DNA of 64,000 bases from a candidate division FCPU426 bacterium (GTDB lineage: Bacteria > Oederibacteriota > JAAXVQ01 > JAUVAV01), in NCBI GenBank assembly GCA_040756875.1, contig JBFLYH010000001.1, positions 224,001 to 288,000 of the forward strand, in the 5' to 3' direction. Position 1 is the first letter of the stretch. The number at the start of each line of letters is the position of its first letter. Below are positions 26,267-35,526 of the stretch, piece by piece. The notes beneath the pieces are model-generated. The model ran no database searches. It had not been told where the DNA came from and saw nothing but the letters and a program-made list of their open reading frames with translations. Position numbers and translations under genes: made by a program.

Positions 26267-26295
26267 AATATAGGCGGGGCAGGCAACGAAGTCAA
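26267..26295 (-). promoter_or_regulatory. Sigma70 promoter, probably giving a leaderless transcript of the DUF2946-like ORF
   Basis: Minus strand TTGACT-N17-TATATT, ending 7 nt before ATG 26259; no Shine-Dalgarno. Confidence 0.6.
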
Positions 26296-26308
26296 GGGGA
26301 AACGCGGG

Positions 26309-27469
26309 TCAGGCCCTGATCTGAAGCCCTGAACGCGCCGGGGATACGCGCTCCACCCGTGATTCAGGACCCAGCCGGCGGGTAGTGCCCTCGCCGGCGA
26401 CTCCTTTCAGAGTAATGATCTCGCCGGGTTTTAATTTAAACAGCACCCGATTGGCGTCCGCGGCGTCCGCGGGCGCGAGCCGGAACGCCACCCGCTGGCC
26501 TGCGCCGCAGGCCAGTACTTCGATCTCGCGGGTGCGGAGGCGCCGCGGCTCGGAAACCGCCAGCCAGCGTTCAGGGCCGGAAGACTCCGGAACAGCCGGG
26601 GAAAACAAAAGCAAAGTCATTTTCAGGATGCGTTTATGCAGGCCGGCGCGCTGCCACAGGGCGTGCACGGCTTCGGGCGCGGACCACTCGCTTTCCGCGT
26701 GGCAACTGTCGCCCGCAGCCAGCGTGGGACAGGGCTGCTGGTGCAGGCAGGGAAAGCGCGCTGCCCAGCCGTTTTGCAGCAGGCGGTCGCGGACTTGCAA
26801 TGCAGCCTGCGACGTATTTTTCAACGCCGGTTCGACCAGAAGCAAATGTCCTTGCCCGGACAGCCTGTCTTTCAAACCGGAGAGCATGCCCGCAATTTTG
26901 CCGGGCCGGCCGGGGTCGCCCAGCCACAACTCATTGCCCAGGTGTTGTGCGGCGATCAAGTCATAGGAGCCGACGGCCAGCCGCGTGTTTCGCGACAGAT
27001 CCTGCTGCGAGACAGTCACAGTTGCGCCTTCGGCCTGCAGCAGCAGCCGGCCCCAGCCCAGGGCTTTGGCGCTGCGGTCAACGAGATGAAGGTTGCGGCA
27101 GCCCAAACTTGCGGCAGCGGCTGACAGCGGGCCGGCCGCACTGCCCAGTTCGAGCACAGAACAGGGGGGATCGGGAAGCAGGCTCAAAGCCAGGCGCGCC
27201 TGGGCATAGGAAACCGGCCAGAAATATAATAGGTAGGCGCCGGCCTGGGCTGGATCGGAGAAATACACCTCGCCGGCCAGCTGCCGCTCCCGGGTCAGGC
27301 CCTGCGATAGGCGCTGAAGCCCTGCGGCCACGCTTTTGGCCTCGGCCGGAAGCAGGCGGTCAGGCGGTGCATCCGACCACTTGGACCCGGATTCCCGGCG
27401 CCACAAGCGGATCAGGCGCGGGAGCCAGGCGGATAGCTCGTCTTGAATGGTTGCTGCGAGAGGATCCAT
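26309..27469 (-). CDS. Rsm22/METTL17-like SAM methyltransferase
   Basis: AYLLYFWP, LELGSAAG, LLLVEPAL, PCLHQQPCP...CH, LACG. Confidence 0.78.
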   Translation of the reverse strand: MDPLAATIQDELSAWLPRLIRLWRRESGSKWSDAPPDRLLPAEAKSVAAGLQRLSQGLTRERQLAGEVYFSDPAQAGAYLLYFWPVSYAQARLALSLLPDPPCSVLELGSAAGPLSAAAASLGCRNLHLVDRSAKALGWGRLLLQAEGATVTVSQQDLSRNTRLAVGSYDLIAAQHLGNELWLGDPGRPGKIAGMLSGLKDRLSGQGHLLLVEPALKNTSQAALQVRDRLLQNGWAARFPCLHQQPCPTLAAGDSCHAESEWSAPEAVHALWQRAGLHKRILKMTLLLFSPAVPESSGPERWLAVSEPRRLRTREIEVLACGAGQRVAFRLAPADAADANRVLFKLKPGEIITLKGVAGEGTTRRLGPESRVERVSPARSGLQIRA

Positions 27470-27641
27470 GAAGCGCCTCGAAACACATCCTGTTCCGATA
27501 AACCCGGAGAGTGAAATACTGTAGGGCTTTTTCCCACTGCTGACAAGGGAAATTGGGCCGCCCTGGACGGCGCCGAATATGCTTGAGTCTTGACGCAGGA
27601 TATTGAAGAATAGAAAGACTATTTTTCACCGAGGTGTGGTT

Positions 27642-28382
27642 ATGTGCCGTTCACTGACTTTTCTCCTCCTGGCCCTGGGTCTGACGGTCCCTGTTTGGGC
27701 CGGGGACAAGGCCCTGGAAATCGTCCGCCGGATCGACAGCAACGAGTCGTTCAAAACCGAGTCTTTCCAGGCCACCATGACCATCCAAAAAGGCAGCCGC
27801 ACGCTGACCAAAGTGTTTTTCGGCTTTGGCCAGCGGGAAGGCCGGAAATCCTTCATGGAATTCACCAACCCCGAGGACCGGGGCGTGAAATACCTGAAAT
27901 TGGACAACGAGATGTGGATCTTTTTCCCGGATGCGGACGATGTCATGAAAATTTCCGGACACATGCTGCGCCAGGGCATGATGGGCAGCGACCTTTCCTA
28001 CGAGGACATGCTGGAGAATGAAAGCTTGGAGGAACGCTACCAGGCGGTGCTGCTGCAGGACGAAACCGTGGACAACCGCGCCTGCAACGTGGTGGAACTC
28101 ACGGCCAAGCGCCCGGACCTGACCTACGAACGCCAGAAAATCTTCGTGGACCAGGAACGGTTCGTGCCCTTGCGGCTGGAACTGTATGCCCGCGGCGGCC
28201 GGCTGCTTAAACGGATGTCCCAGGAGGAAGTCACGCGGATCGGGGACCGCTGGGTGCCTCTGCGCATCACCATCCAGGACCTGCGCCGCAAGGATTCGAA
28301 AACCGTGGTGGCTTTCCAGGAGATCAAGTTCGACGTGGCGTTGCCCAAGGATGTCTTCACCAAGCAATACCTGATGCGCTGA
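27642..28382 (+). CDS. LolA-like outer-membrane lipoprotein-sorting protein
   Basis: Signal peptide, F..PEDRGVKYL, MMGSDLSYED, FTKQYL. Confidence 0.85.
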   Translation: MCRSLTFLLLALGLTVPVWAGDKALEIVRRIDSNESFKTESFQATMTIQKGSRTLTKVFFGFGQREGRKSFMEFTNPEDRGVKYLKLDNEMWIFFPDADDVMKISGHMLRQGMMGSDLSYEDMLENESLEERYQAVLLQDETVDNRACNVVELTAKRPDLTYERQKIFVDQERFVPLRLELYARGGRLLKRMSQEEVTRIGDRWVPLRITIQDLRRKDSKTVVAFQEIKFDVALPKDVFTKQYLMR

Positions 28383-28394
28383 AGGAACCTGTTC

Positions 28395-29462
28395 ATGCCT
28401 CTCGCGATGAGGACTGTCTGTGGTTGCCTGGCGCTGCTCCTGTTCGCCGCTGTTTCCGGGCGGGCCGAGCTGTCGTTGACCGGCGCTTTGCGCAATGATG
28501 CGGCCTGGATCGCGCTGGATTCCGGCGGCCACTTCGTCAACCTGCTGGAAAACCGCTGGGTGGTGGAGAACAGGACCGACGCGTGGCGGTTTTACGGCGA
28601 CCTGCGGGTGTGGGCGCTCGCCAGTCCGGACCTGCCCCTGGAGATTAGCGAGGCCTTTGCGGTCAGAATCCCCCGGGCGTTCGTCCGTTATCTCTCGGAA
28701 CTGGGCGTTTTCAGCCTGGGCAAAACCTATGCGGCCTTCGGCTTGCTGGGCGTGTTCAACCCTTTTGAGCTCGACCAGTCGGTCAATGTGGCGGATTTGG
28801 GTTATGTCAAGCAGGGCCTGCTGGGACTGACCTGGGAACTGGGCCTGGGCGACTTATCGGGCCTGCAGGCCTTCGTTAGCCCGGAAGGAAATTCGCAAAC
28901 CACGGCCGCCGGCCTGGGCCTGAACACCCATGCCTTGGGATTCGACGCCGGCCTGGTCGTCCTGCGACGGGGGACCGGTCAGAACCAGGCCGGCCTGTTC
29001 CTCAAAGGCGATCTGGAGGTCGAGGTGCAGGCCAGCGCAGCCTGGCATGCGGACGACCAGGGGAAGAACGGATATGGGGAGGCGGTCGCCGGGCTTGATT
29101 ACAGCCTGTCGGACGGCGAATGGCTGTTCGGCGTCCAGTATGCCTTCCAGGAGCGGGCCGCGGCCAGGAAAACGGACCAGGCGGCCTCGGTTTTATCGGG
29201 AACCAGCATGTTCAACGGCAAGCAATATATATATGGTTGGCTGCAGTACCTTCCGGACCAGTTTTTTCAGGCCCGTTGCGACGCGTTTTGGAACGTAGAG
29301 GACCGCAGCAGCCTGGTGGTGCCTTCCGCCACTTGGGTGCTGGCTGACGGGCTGAGCGCGACCCTCCTGGGCATGATTCCCACTGGGCCCGGCAGGGCGG
29401 AGTTTGGTCATGAAAGCCTGGGCCGGGCCGCCCTGGATGCGCGCGTGGAGGCGAAATTTTAG
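28395..29462 (+). CDS. Probable outer-membrane beta-barrel protein
   Basis: Signal peptide, beta-strand pattern, C-terminal Phe; lies between the LolA-like and ABC genes. Confidence 0.6.
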   Translation: MPLAMRTVCGCLALLLFAAVSGRAELSLTGALRNDAAWIALDSGGHFVNLLENRWVVENRTDAWRFYGDLRVWALASPDLPLEISEAFAVRIPRAFVRYLSELGVFSLGKTYAAFGLLGVFNPFELDQSVNVADLGYVKQGLLGLTWELGLGDLSGLQAFVSPEGNSQTTAAGLGLNTHALGFDAGLVVLRRGTGQNQAGLFLKGDLEVEVQASAAWHADDQGKNGYGEAVAGLDYSLSDGEWLFGVQYAFQERAAARKTDQAASVLSGTSMFNGKQYIYGWLQYLPDQFFQARCDAFWNVEDRSSLVVPSATWVLADGLSATLLGMIPTGPGRAEFGHESLGRAALDARVEAKF

Positions 29463-29487
29463 ACCAAGACCAATGGGTTAAAAAAGC

Positions 29488-29515
29488 GTAGGGGCGTTCA
29501 ATTGAACGCCCCTAC
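29488..29515. repeat. GTAG-type REP palindrome
   Basis: GTAGGGGCGTTCAATTGAACGCCCCTAC, a perfect 28-bp palindrome; identical core at 54359-54386. Confidence 0.85.
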
Positions 29516-29529
29516 AGAAGAGGACATCC

Positions 29530-30201
29530 ATGCTGCTTGAAGTGAAACACCTCAATAAAACCTACCAGGCCGGCAGGCTGGGGGTGCTAGCCCTGCAAAA
29601 CATCAGCCTCACCGTGGACCGGGGTGAATTCACGGCCATTGCCGGGCCCTCGGGGTCGGGCAAAACCACGCTCTTGAACTGCATCGGCACCATCGACCGG
29701 CCGGAACAGGGTGAACTCATCCTGGACGGCGTGAACTTGATGGGCAAGAGCAGCGACGAGCTGGCGGCCCTGCGCCGGGAATATTTCGGGTTCATCTTCC
29801 AGACCTACAACCTGATCCCCGTGCTGACCGTATTCGAAAACGTGGAGATGCCCCTGAAACTGCTGAGGCGCCTCGCCCCCGGGGAAATCCGGGACCAGGT
29901 CATGGACATGCTGGCCAAGGTCGGCCTCAACGGCCTGGAAAACCGGCGCCCCTTGGAACTGTCCGGCGGCCAGCAACAGCGCGTCTCGATCGCGCGCGCC
30001 CTGGTCAAGCATCCCAAAATGGTGCTGGCCGACGAACCCACGGCCAACCTGGATTCCAAGACCGGCGAGGAGATCGTGGATCTCATGAAGTCGCTGAACG
30101 AACGCGAGGGTTCAACTTTCCTGTTTTCCACGCACGACCAGCTCATCATGAAGCATGCCAAGCGCCTGATCAAAATCCGTGACGGGATGATCGAGCCATG
30201 A
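29530..30201 (+). CDS. ABC transporter ATPase (LolD/MacB-like)
   Basis: GPSGSGKTT, LSGGQQQR, LADEPTANLD, STHD. Confidence 0.92.
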   Translation: MLLEVKHLNKTYQAGRLGVLALQNISLTVDRGEFTAIAGPSGSGKTTLLNCIGTIDRPEQGELILDGVNLMGKSSDELAALRREYFGFIFQTYNLIPVLTVFENVEMPLKLLRRLAPGEIRDQVMDMLAKVGLNGLENRRPLELSGGQQQRVSIARALVKHPKMVLADEPTANLDSKTGEEIVDLMKSLNEREGSTFLFSTHDQLIMKHAKRLIKIRDGMIEP

Positions 30202-31418
30202 CCTACCTGTTCAAGCTGGCGCTTAAAAACATCCTGCGGTCCAAGATCCGGACGGTCCTGACCTTCCTCATCCTGTCCTTTGGCGTGGGGATTTACATCC
30301 TCTTCGCCTGCCTGATGGCCGGGTTCGACCAGGAATCGATCAAAAACCTGATCGATTTCGAAACCGGCCATTACAAGATCCGCAGTACGGCCTGGGACGA
30401 GGACCGGCCCTATGAGACGGCCAACTACCTCCACGATCCACAAGCCGTGGAGGCGAAGCTGCGCACCCTGGGCTTCGTCACCGGCGTCGCGGAGCGCGTG
30501 CAATTCCTGGCCGAGGCGGACAACGGCGTGGACAGCATGCCCGTGGTGGCCGTGGGCATCGGCCCGGACGACCAGCGGGTTTTCGACCTGCGCAAGTACC
30601 TGGTGGCGGGCAAACTGGAACCCGGCGGCGTGATCATGGGACAACAACTGGCCGATGACCTCGGCTTGAAGCTCAACGACACGGTTTATCTGACCTTCAG
30701 GACCCAGCAGGGCATGCTGACCTCGGTGGAATTGCTCATTACCGGATTGCTCGTGTCTGCCAATCCGCAGGTGAACTCCTCCCAGGTGTTCGTTAACCTG
30801 AACGAGGCCCGGCAGTTCCTGAACACCCGGGACGCGGCCGAAATCGCGATCAAGACCGACGCGTTTTTCAAAGTGGCTGAATACGAACCGAAGCTCAAGG
30901 CGGCGCTGAACGGGCTTGATGCGCGGGTGTACAGCTGGCAGGCCCTGTCCGAGGATTTCCGCAATTTGATGGCCACGAAGCGGAAATTCCAGAACGTCCT
31001 GGTGCTCATGATCATGATTATCGCCATCGTGGGCATCATTAACACCATGCTGATGTCGGTGTTCGAGAAAAAGCGGGAAATCGGCACCATGAAAGCCCTG
31101 GGCTTCACGGACCGGGAGGTGCAGCGGCTGTTTCTGGTCGAGGGCGCGCTGATCGGCGTGGCCGGCGGGCTCATGGGACTGGTGCTGGGTACGCTGTTCA
31201 ACGCCTATTTCGCCTTTGTGGGCATGGACCTGGACACCATGTTCGGCAAACAGGACCTGGGCATGCCGATCATGGGCGTGGTCAAATCCGCCTGGCTGGC
31301 CGGCGCGTACGTCAACGCCATGATTTTCACCTTGGTAGCCAGCCTGCTGGCGAGTTATTACCCGGCCAAGAAGGTGACCAAAATGCAGCCTATGGAGTGC
31401 CTCAGAACGGTGCAGTGA
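30198..31418 (+). CDS. LolC/E (FtsX-like) ABC permease
   Basis: ALKNILR, INTMLMSVFEKKREIGTMKALG, YYPA. Confidence 0.88.
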   Translation: MTYLFKLALKNILRSKIRTVLTFLILSFGVGIYILFACLMAGFDQESIKNLIDFETGHYKIRSTAWDEDRPYETANYLHDPQAVEAKLRTLGFVTGVAERVQFLAEADNGVDSMPVVAVGIGPDDQRVFDLRKYLVAGKLEPGGVIMGQQLADDLGLKLNDTVYLTFRTQQGMLTSVELLITGLLVSANPQVNSSQVFVNLNEARQFLNTRDAAEIAIKTDAFFKVAEYEPKLKAALNGLDARVYSWQALSEDFRNLMATKRKFQNVLVLMIMIIAIVGIINTMLMSVFEKKREIGTMKALGFTDREVQRLFLVEGALIGVAGGLMGLVLGTLFNAYFAFVGMDLDTMFGKQDLGMPIMGVVKSAWLAGAYVNAMIFTLVASLLASYYPAKKVTKMQPMECLRTVQ

Positions 31419-31424
31419 ACAGCG

Positions 31425-31462
31425 CGGTCCGACGAGTCCGGCCGGTCAGACCGGTCGGACCG
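31425..31462. repeat. Short palindrome built from four degenerate 9-mers
   Basis: CGGTCCGAC...GTCGGACCG; units ggtccgacg/agtccggcc/ggtcagacc/ggtcggacc. Confidence 0.5.
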
Positions 31463-31482
31463 ATGGAAGACTGGAGACCCTC

Positions 31483-32685
31483 ATGCTCATGAAATTCGCT
31501 TTACGCAACGTGCTGCGCAACCGGCGCCGGAGCTTTTTAACGGCCCTGGCCGTGTTTTTCGGAGCCATGATCGTGGGCGTGGCCCAGGGCTGGATCAACG
31601 GCCTGGTGAACCTGTTCATCGGGAATTACATCGTTTATCAGACCGGCAATGTCCGGATTACGACCGAGGAGTATCTGGAACGCGAACGCTTCATTCCCGT
31701 GGATACCTTGATTCCCGACGCTAAAAGTTTGAGCGACCGGATCCGGGTATTGCCCGGCGTGAAAGCGGTGGAGGAACGGATACGGTTCGGCATCCTGCTC
31801 GGGCACGGCGACAATACGGTCGAGGCCTTGGGCGTCGGGCTGGATCTTGAACACAGCGCCTTTGGCCTGGGGGAAAAACTCACGGCCGGCACGCTGGGCC
31901 CCGAGGGCCTGTACCTGGGCAAGGACCTGGCCGCACGGCTTGGTGTCAAAATGGGCGACGAATTGCTGCTGGCCACCAAAACCTCGGAGGGCGGGCTCAA
32001 CGGGATCAAGCTGCCCGTGGCCGGGCTGGTGAAAACGGGAATCGGCATGTATGACAAAAAACTGTTTTTCATTTCCCTGGCCGACGCCAAGCGCCTGCTG
32101 AAAATACAGGACGGCACGACCGAATTGTATGTCCTGACGCAGGAGGAAAAGCAGACCGACGCGGTGGACGCCGCGGTCAAATCCCTCCTGCCCGCGGGGC
32201 TGGCCGCCCGGACGTACCAGGAGCAGCTGGGCCCCCTGTTTTCCAGCTTCCACGTCATGCGCATCATGTATATTTTCATCGAAGCCCTGATCCTGTTCCT
32301 GGCCTCGTTCGTGGTGATCAACACCATGATGATGGCCATCTTCGAACGGCTCCACGAAGTCGGGACCTTGAAGGCCATCGGCATGACGGACCGCGAGCTG
32401 TTCGTCAACTTCACTCTCGAGGGCGCGCTGATCGGCGCGGCCGGCGGCATCCCCGGCGCGCTTGTGGGCTACGGCTTCGTCGCGCTCCTGCATTTTACGG
32501 GCGTGAACATGGAGTCGTTCATGAAGTCGGTCGAGATGCCGATCGAATACGTGATGCATCCTTCCATTTCCATCCTGGCCGCGCTGATAGCGGTCGTGCT
32601 TTCGATCGTGGTGCCGGCTCTGGCCGCCATGATTCCGGCGCGTTATGCCCGCAAGCTGCAGCCGGCCGAAGCCTTGCGCAAGTAA
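31483..32685 (+). CDS. LolC/E (FtsX-like) ABC permease (second copy)
   Basis: ALRNVLRNRRRS, INTMMMAIFERLHEVGTLKAIG, PAEALR. Confidence 0.88.
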   Translation: MLMKFALRNVLRNRRRSFLTALAVFFGAMIVGVAQGWINGLVNLFIGNYIVYQTGNVRITTEEYLERERFIPVDTLIPDAKSLSDRIRVLPGVKAVEERIRFGILLGHGDNTVEALGVGLDLEHSAFGLGEKLTAGTLGPEGLYLGKDLAARLGVKMGDELLLATKTSEGGLNGIKLPVAGLVKTGIGMYDKKLFFISLADAKRLLKIQDGTTELYVLTQEEKQTDAVDAAVKSLLPAGLAARTYQEQLGPLFSSFHVMRIMYIFIEALILFLASFVVINTMMMAIFERLHEVGTLKAIGMTDRELFVNFTLEGALIGAAGGIPGALVGYGFVALLHFTGVNMESFMKSVEMPIEYVMHPSISILAALIAVVLSIVVPALAAMIPARYARKLQPAEALRK

Positions 32686-32695
32686 CCCCGCGACC

Positions 32696-33799
32696 ATGCC
32701 CGAAGACCAGCCGTATCAAGCCGGTTTCCTGGCCGGCCTCATCAAAGCGTTCGGATTATGGACCGCCTGGCGACCCGGCCGGATCGCCGCGCTCCTGGCC
32801 CGCCTCTGGCATTTCTGGCTGAGCGCGCGGCGGCGCGCGCGCTGGCAGCGGCGGGAAGGGCTTCAGGTCCCGCCCATCCTGATCCTCAGCGTGACCACGC
32901 GCTGCAACCTGACCTGCGCGGGCTGCTACAGCCGGGAGTACGACCAGGAACGGGAACTGACGCTGGAAGAAATGGATTCGCTCTTCCGGCAGGCCAAGGC
33001 CCTGGGCGTGACCTGGGTGGTGCTGACCGGGGGAGAGCCCCTGCAGTGCGAAGGCCTGCTCGACCTGGTCTCCGGGCATCCGCAACTGCTCTTTTTCCTG
33101 TTCAACAACGGCACCTATCTGGACGCTCCCGCGGCGCGGCGGTTGGGACGCATGCGGCACGTGGTTCCCATCCTCAGCGTGGAAGGGGACGAACGCTTGA
33201 CCGACGCCCGCCGCGGTCCGGGCGCTTATGCGCGGGTCATGGAAGCCATGGCTCATTTGCGCCGGGCCGGCGCGTTTTTTGGTTTTTCCTGCATGGCGAC
33301 CCGCGCCAACCTGCCCTTGCTTTCGGCGGACGCGTTTATCGACGAGATGATCCGCCAGGGCTGCCGCTTCGGCTATTTCGTTGGGTTTGTGCCCTCGGCG
33401 CAGGACAGTGACCAGGCCCAGGTGCCGCCGGCCGAGGAGCAAGCCGCGTTCCGCCGCCGGGTCAAAGCCTATCAGGGCGGCAAGCGCATTATTCTCGTGC
33501 AGATGCCCGAAGATGAGTACGAGATCGCCGGATCGTGCATGGCCGCGGGCCGGGGTTTCGTGCACGTCAACGCCCTGGGCCAGGTGGAGCCGTGCCCTTT
33601 CAGCCATTGGGCCAAGGATTCGCTGCGGACAGGATCGCTCAGGCAGGCGCTGGCATCGCCCTGGCTGGCGCGCATCCGGGAGCGCGCGGAGTGGCTGGGG
33701 CCCACGCTCCAGGGCTGCGCCCTGTTCGAGCACCGTGCGGAATTGGAACCGCTGGCGCGCCGGGAAGGCGCGGTTCCCACAGAGCGAAGACGTGCGTAG
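32696..33799 (+). CDS. Radical SAM protein with a C-terminal twitch/SPASM-like Cys region
   Basis: CNLTCAGC, TGGEP, CMAAGRGFVHVNALGQVEPCPF. Confidence 0.88.
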   Translation: MPEDQPYQAGFLAGLIKAFGLWTAWRPGRIAALLARLWHFWLSARRRARWQRREGLQVPPILILSVTTRCNLTCAGCYSREYDQERELTLEEMDSLFRQAKALGVTWVVLTGGEPLQCEGLLDLVSGHPQLLFFLFNNGTYLDAPAARRLGRMRHVVPILSVEGDERLTDARRGPGAYARVMEAMAHLRRAGAFFGFSCMATRANLPLLSADAFIDEMIRQGCRFGYFVGFVPSAQDSDQAQVPPAEEQAAFRRRVKAYQGGKRIILVQMPEDEYEIAGSCMAAGRGFVHVNALGQVEPCPFSHWAKDSLRTGSLRQALASPWLARIRERAEWLGPTLQGCALFEHRAELEPLARREGAVPTERRRA

Positions 33800-34778
33800 C
33801 CTGGTGCTTGCGGGATGTGCGGCTGCGTGCCTGGCGGCATGTCCGGCCGCTTTGATGGCTGGGAAACCGGATTTGCAGGGGCGCTCCGAGTACCGCGCCT
33901 TCATGCACAATGGCGTGAAGCGCGGCTACCTGCTGTATCTGCCGCGGGAGGCAGGCAGTCTGCCCTTGCCCCTGGTCATGGCCCTGCACGGCGGAGGAGG
34001 CTCGGCCAGGAAGTGGGCGACGTATACGCAATACGGTTTCGAACGCCTGGCGGATTCAGCCCCGTTCCTGCTGGTGTACCCTGACGGCCTGGAGGGGCAG
34101 TGGAACGATGGCCGCGAAATCGAACAGTCGTACGCCCACCGCACCCGCGTGGATGACGAGGGATTTTTGTCGTCGCTTCTCGAATACTTATGCAACACCC
34201 TGCCCGCTGACCGCAACCGCGTGTTCGTCACCGGCGCTTCCAATGGCGGCATGATGGCGCTCGTGCTGGCCGCCCGGCACGCGGACCAGATCGCGGCCAT
34301 CGCGCCGGTCATCGCCTCGTTTCCCGAGCGTGTCGCAGCCGGCCTCTCACCCGCTGAACCCGTGTCCGTGCTCATGATCAACGGTACGGAGGACCCCCTG
34401 GTGCCATGGGAAGGCGGATTTGTCAGGATCGGCAAACAGACCCGGGACCGGGTCCTTTCCGTCGAACAGACAGTGGCGTTTTGGAGGCGGGCAGATGGTT
34501 GTGTTTCCGAACCTGTGACGAGCGACTGGCCTGATCTCAATCCCCAGGACGGCACCCGCACCCGTCAAACCGTTTATGCCGGCGGCCGGAACGGAACGGA
34601 AGTGTGGCTGATCGCCATCGGGGGCGGCGGCCATACCTGGCCCGGACGCCAGGAATGGCGCGGCCCGCTGCTCAAAATGGTGTTGTCAGGCGTGGTGGGG
34701 CGCAAAGGCCGTGATTTCGACGCGACGGATGTGATCTGGGAGTTTTTCAGGACCCATCCCAAACAGGACCGGCTGTAA
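33792..34778 (+). CDS. Exported PHB-depolymerase/LpqC-family esterase
   Basis: ALHGGGG, VYPDG, GASNGG nucleophile, NGTEDP, GGGHTWPG. Confidence 0.85.
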   Translation: MRSLVLAGCAAACLAACPAALMAGKPDLQGRSEYRAFMHNGVKRGYLLYLPREAGSLPLPLVMALHGGGGSARKWATYTQYGFERLADSAPFLLVYPDGLEGQWNDGREIEQSYAHRTRVDDEGFLSSLLEYLCNTLPADRNRVFVTGASNGGMMALVLAARHADQIAAIAPVIASFPERVAAGLSPAEPVSVLMINGTEDPLVPWEGGFVRIGKQTRDRVLSVEQTVAFWRRADGCVSEPVTSDWPDLNPQDGTRTRQTVYAGGRNGTEVWLIAIGGGGHTWPGRQEWRGPLLKMVLSGVVGRKGRDFDATDVIWEFFRTHPKQDRL

Positions 34779-34795
34779 ACCGGGCCGGCAGAGAC

Positions 34796-35137
34796 TTATT
34801 TCGGCGCCTCGGCCCGGTAGGCGATGACATTGGCTTTCTCCAGGGTGATGAGCCCTTCGCGCACCATGTCATCGAGGTAGGGCAGAAAGGCCGCGATCTT
34901 TTCCTCGCTGTCCACGATTTCGATGATGATGGGCAGGTCCTCGGACAACCGCAGCAGCTTGGTGGTGTGCAAGTGGCTCTTGCAGCCGAAACCCATGAAG
35001 CCCTTGATGGCCGTGGCCCCGGCCAGTCCGCGCTGGCGCGCCAGGAGCACGAGGGCTTCGTAAAGGGGCTGCCCCTCCCATTTGTCCTGCTCGCCCAGAA
35101 AGATCCGCAGCAGTTGGCCGTTCGTGGGGATTTTCAT
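34796..35137 (-). CDS. DUF190 (PII-like) protein
   Basis: LRIFLGE, GLAGAT, LSEDLPIIIEIVD. Confidence 0.88.
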   Translation of the reverse strand: MKIPTNGQLLRIFLGEQDKWEGQPLYEALVLLARQRGLAGATAIKGFMGFGCKSHLHTTKLLRLSEDLPIIIEIVDSEEKIAAFLPYLDDMVREGLITLEKANVIAYRAEAPK

Positions 35138-35150
35138 GCCGCCTCCTTGG

Positions 35151-35522
35151 TCAGACGAGATCGATCAGCATACGCCCGCCCCGGAACAGCGCAAACCCCA
35201 AGAATACGCTGACCGTTACGTTCAGTAAAGCAGCCAGCCATTCGCCTTCCCGCAGCAGGTTGTCGGTTTCGAAAATAAAGGTGGAGAACGTGGTGAACGC
35301 TCCGCAAAAGCCTATCATCAGCAGGAGCCGGGCGTCCGGCCCCAGCAGGAGCTTGTCCTCGGCCAGGCCGGCCAGCAGGCCGAGCAGAAAGCAGCCGGCG
35401 AGATTGACGGCCAAGGTGCCGTAGGGAAAACCCGCGCCTGCGACCCGGTAGACCGAGCTGGCCAGGAGATAGCGGGCCAGCCCGCCGGCCGCGCTGCCGA
35501 GCAGCAAATGCAGAAATTTCAT
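35151..35522 (-). CDS. crcB: Fluoride efflux channel Fluc/CrcB
   Basis: ARY, FPYGTLAVNLAGC, GFCGAFTTFSTF..E. Confidence 0.93.
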   Translation of the reverse strand: MKFLHLLLGSAAGGLARYLLASSVYRVAGAGFPYGTLAVNLAGCFLLGLLAGLAEDKLLLGPDARLLLMIGFCGAFTTFSTFIFETDNLLREGEWLAALLNVTVSVFLGFALFRGGRMLIDLV

Positions 35523-35526
35523 GCGT

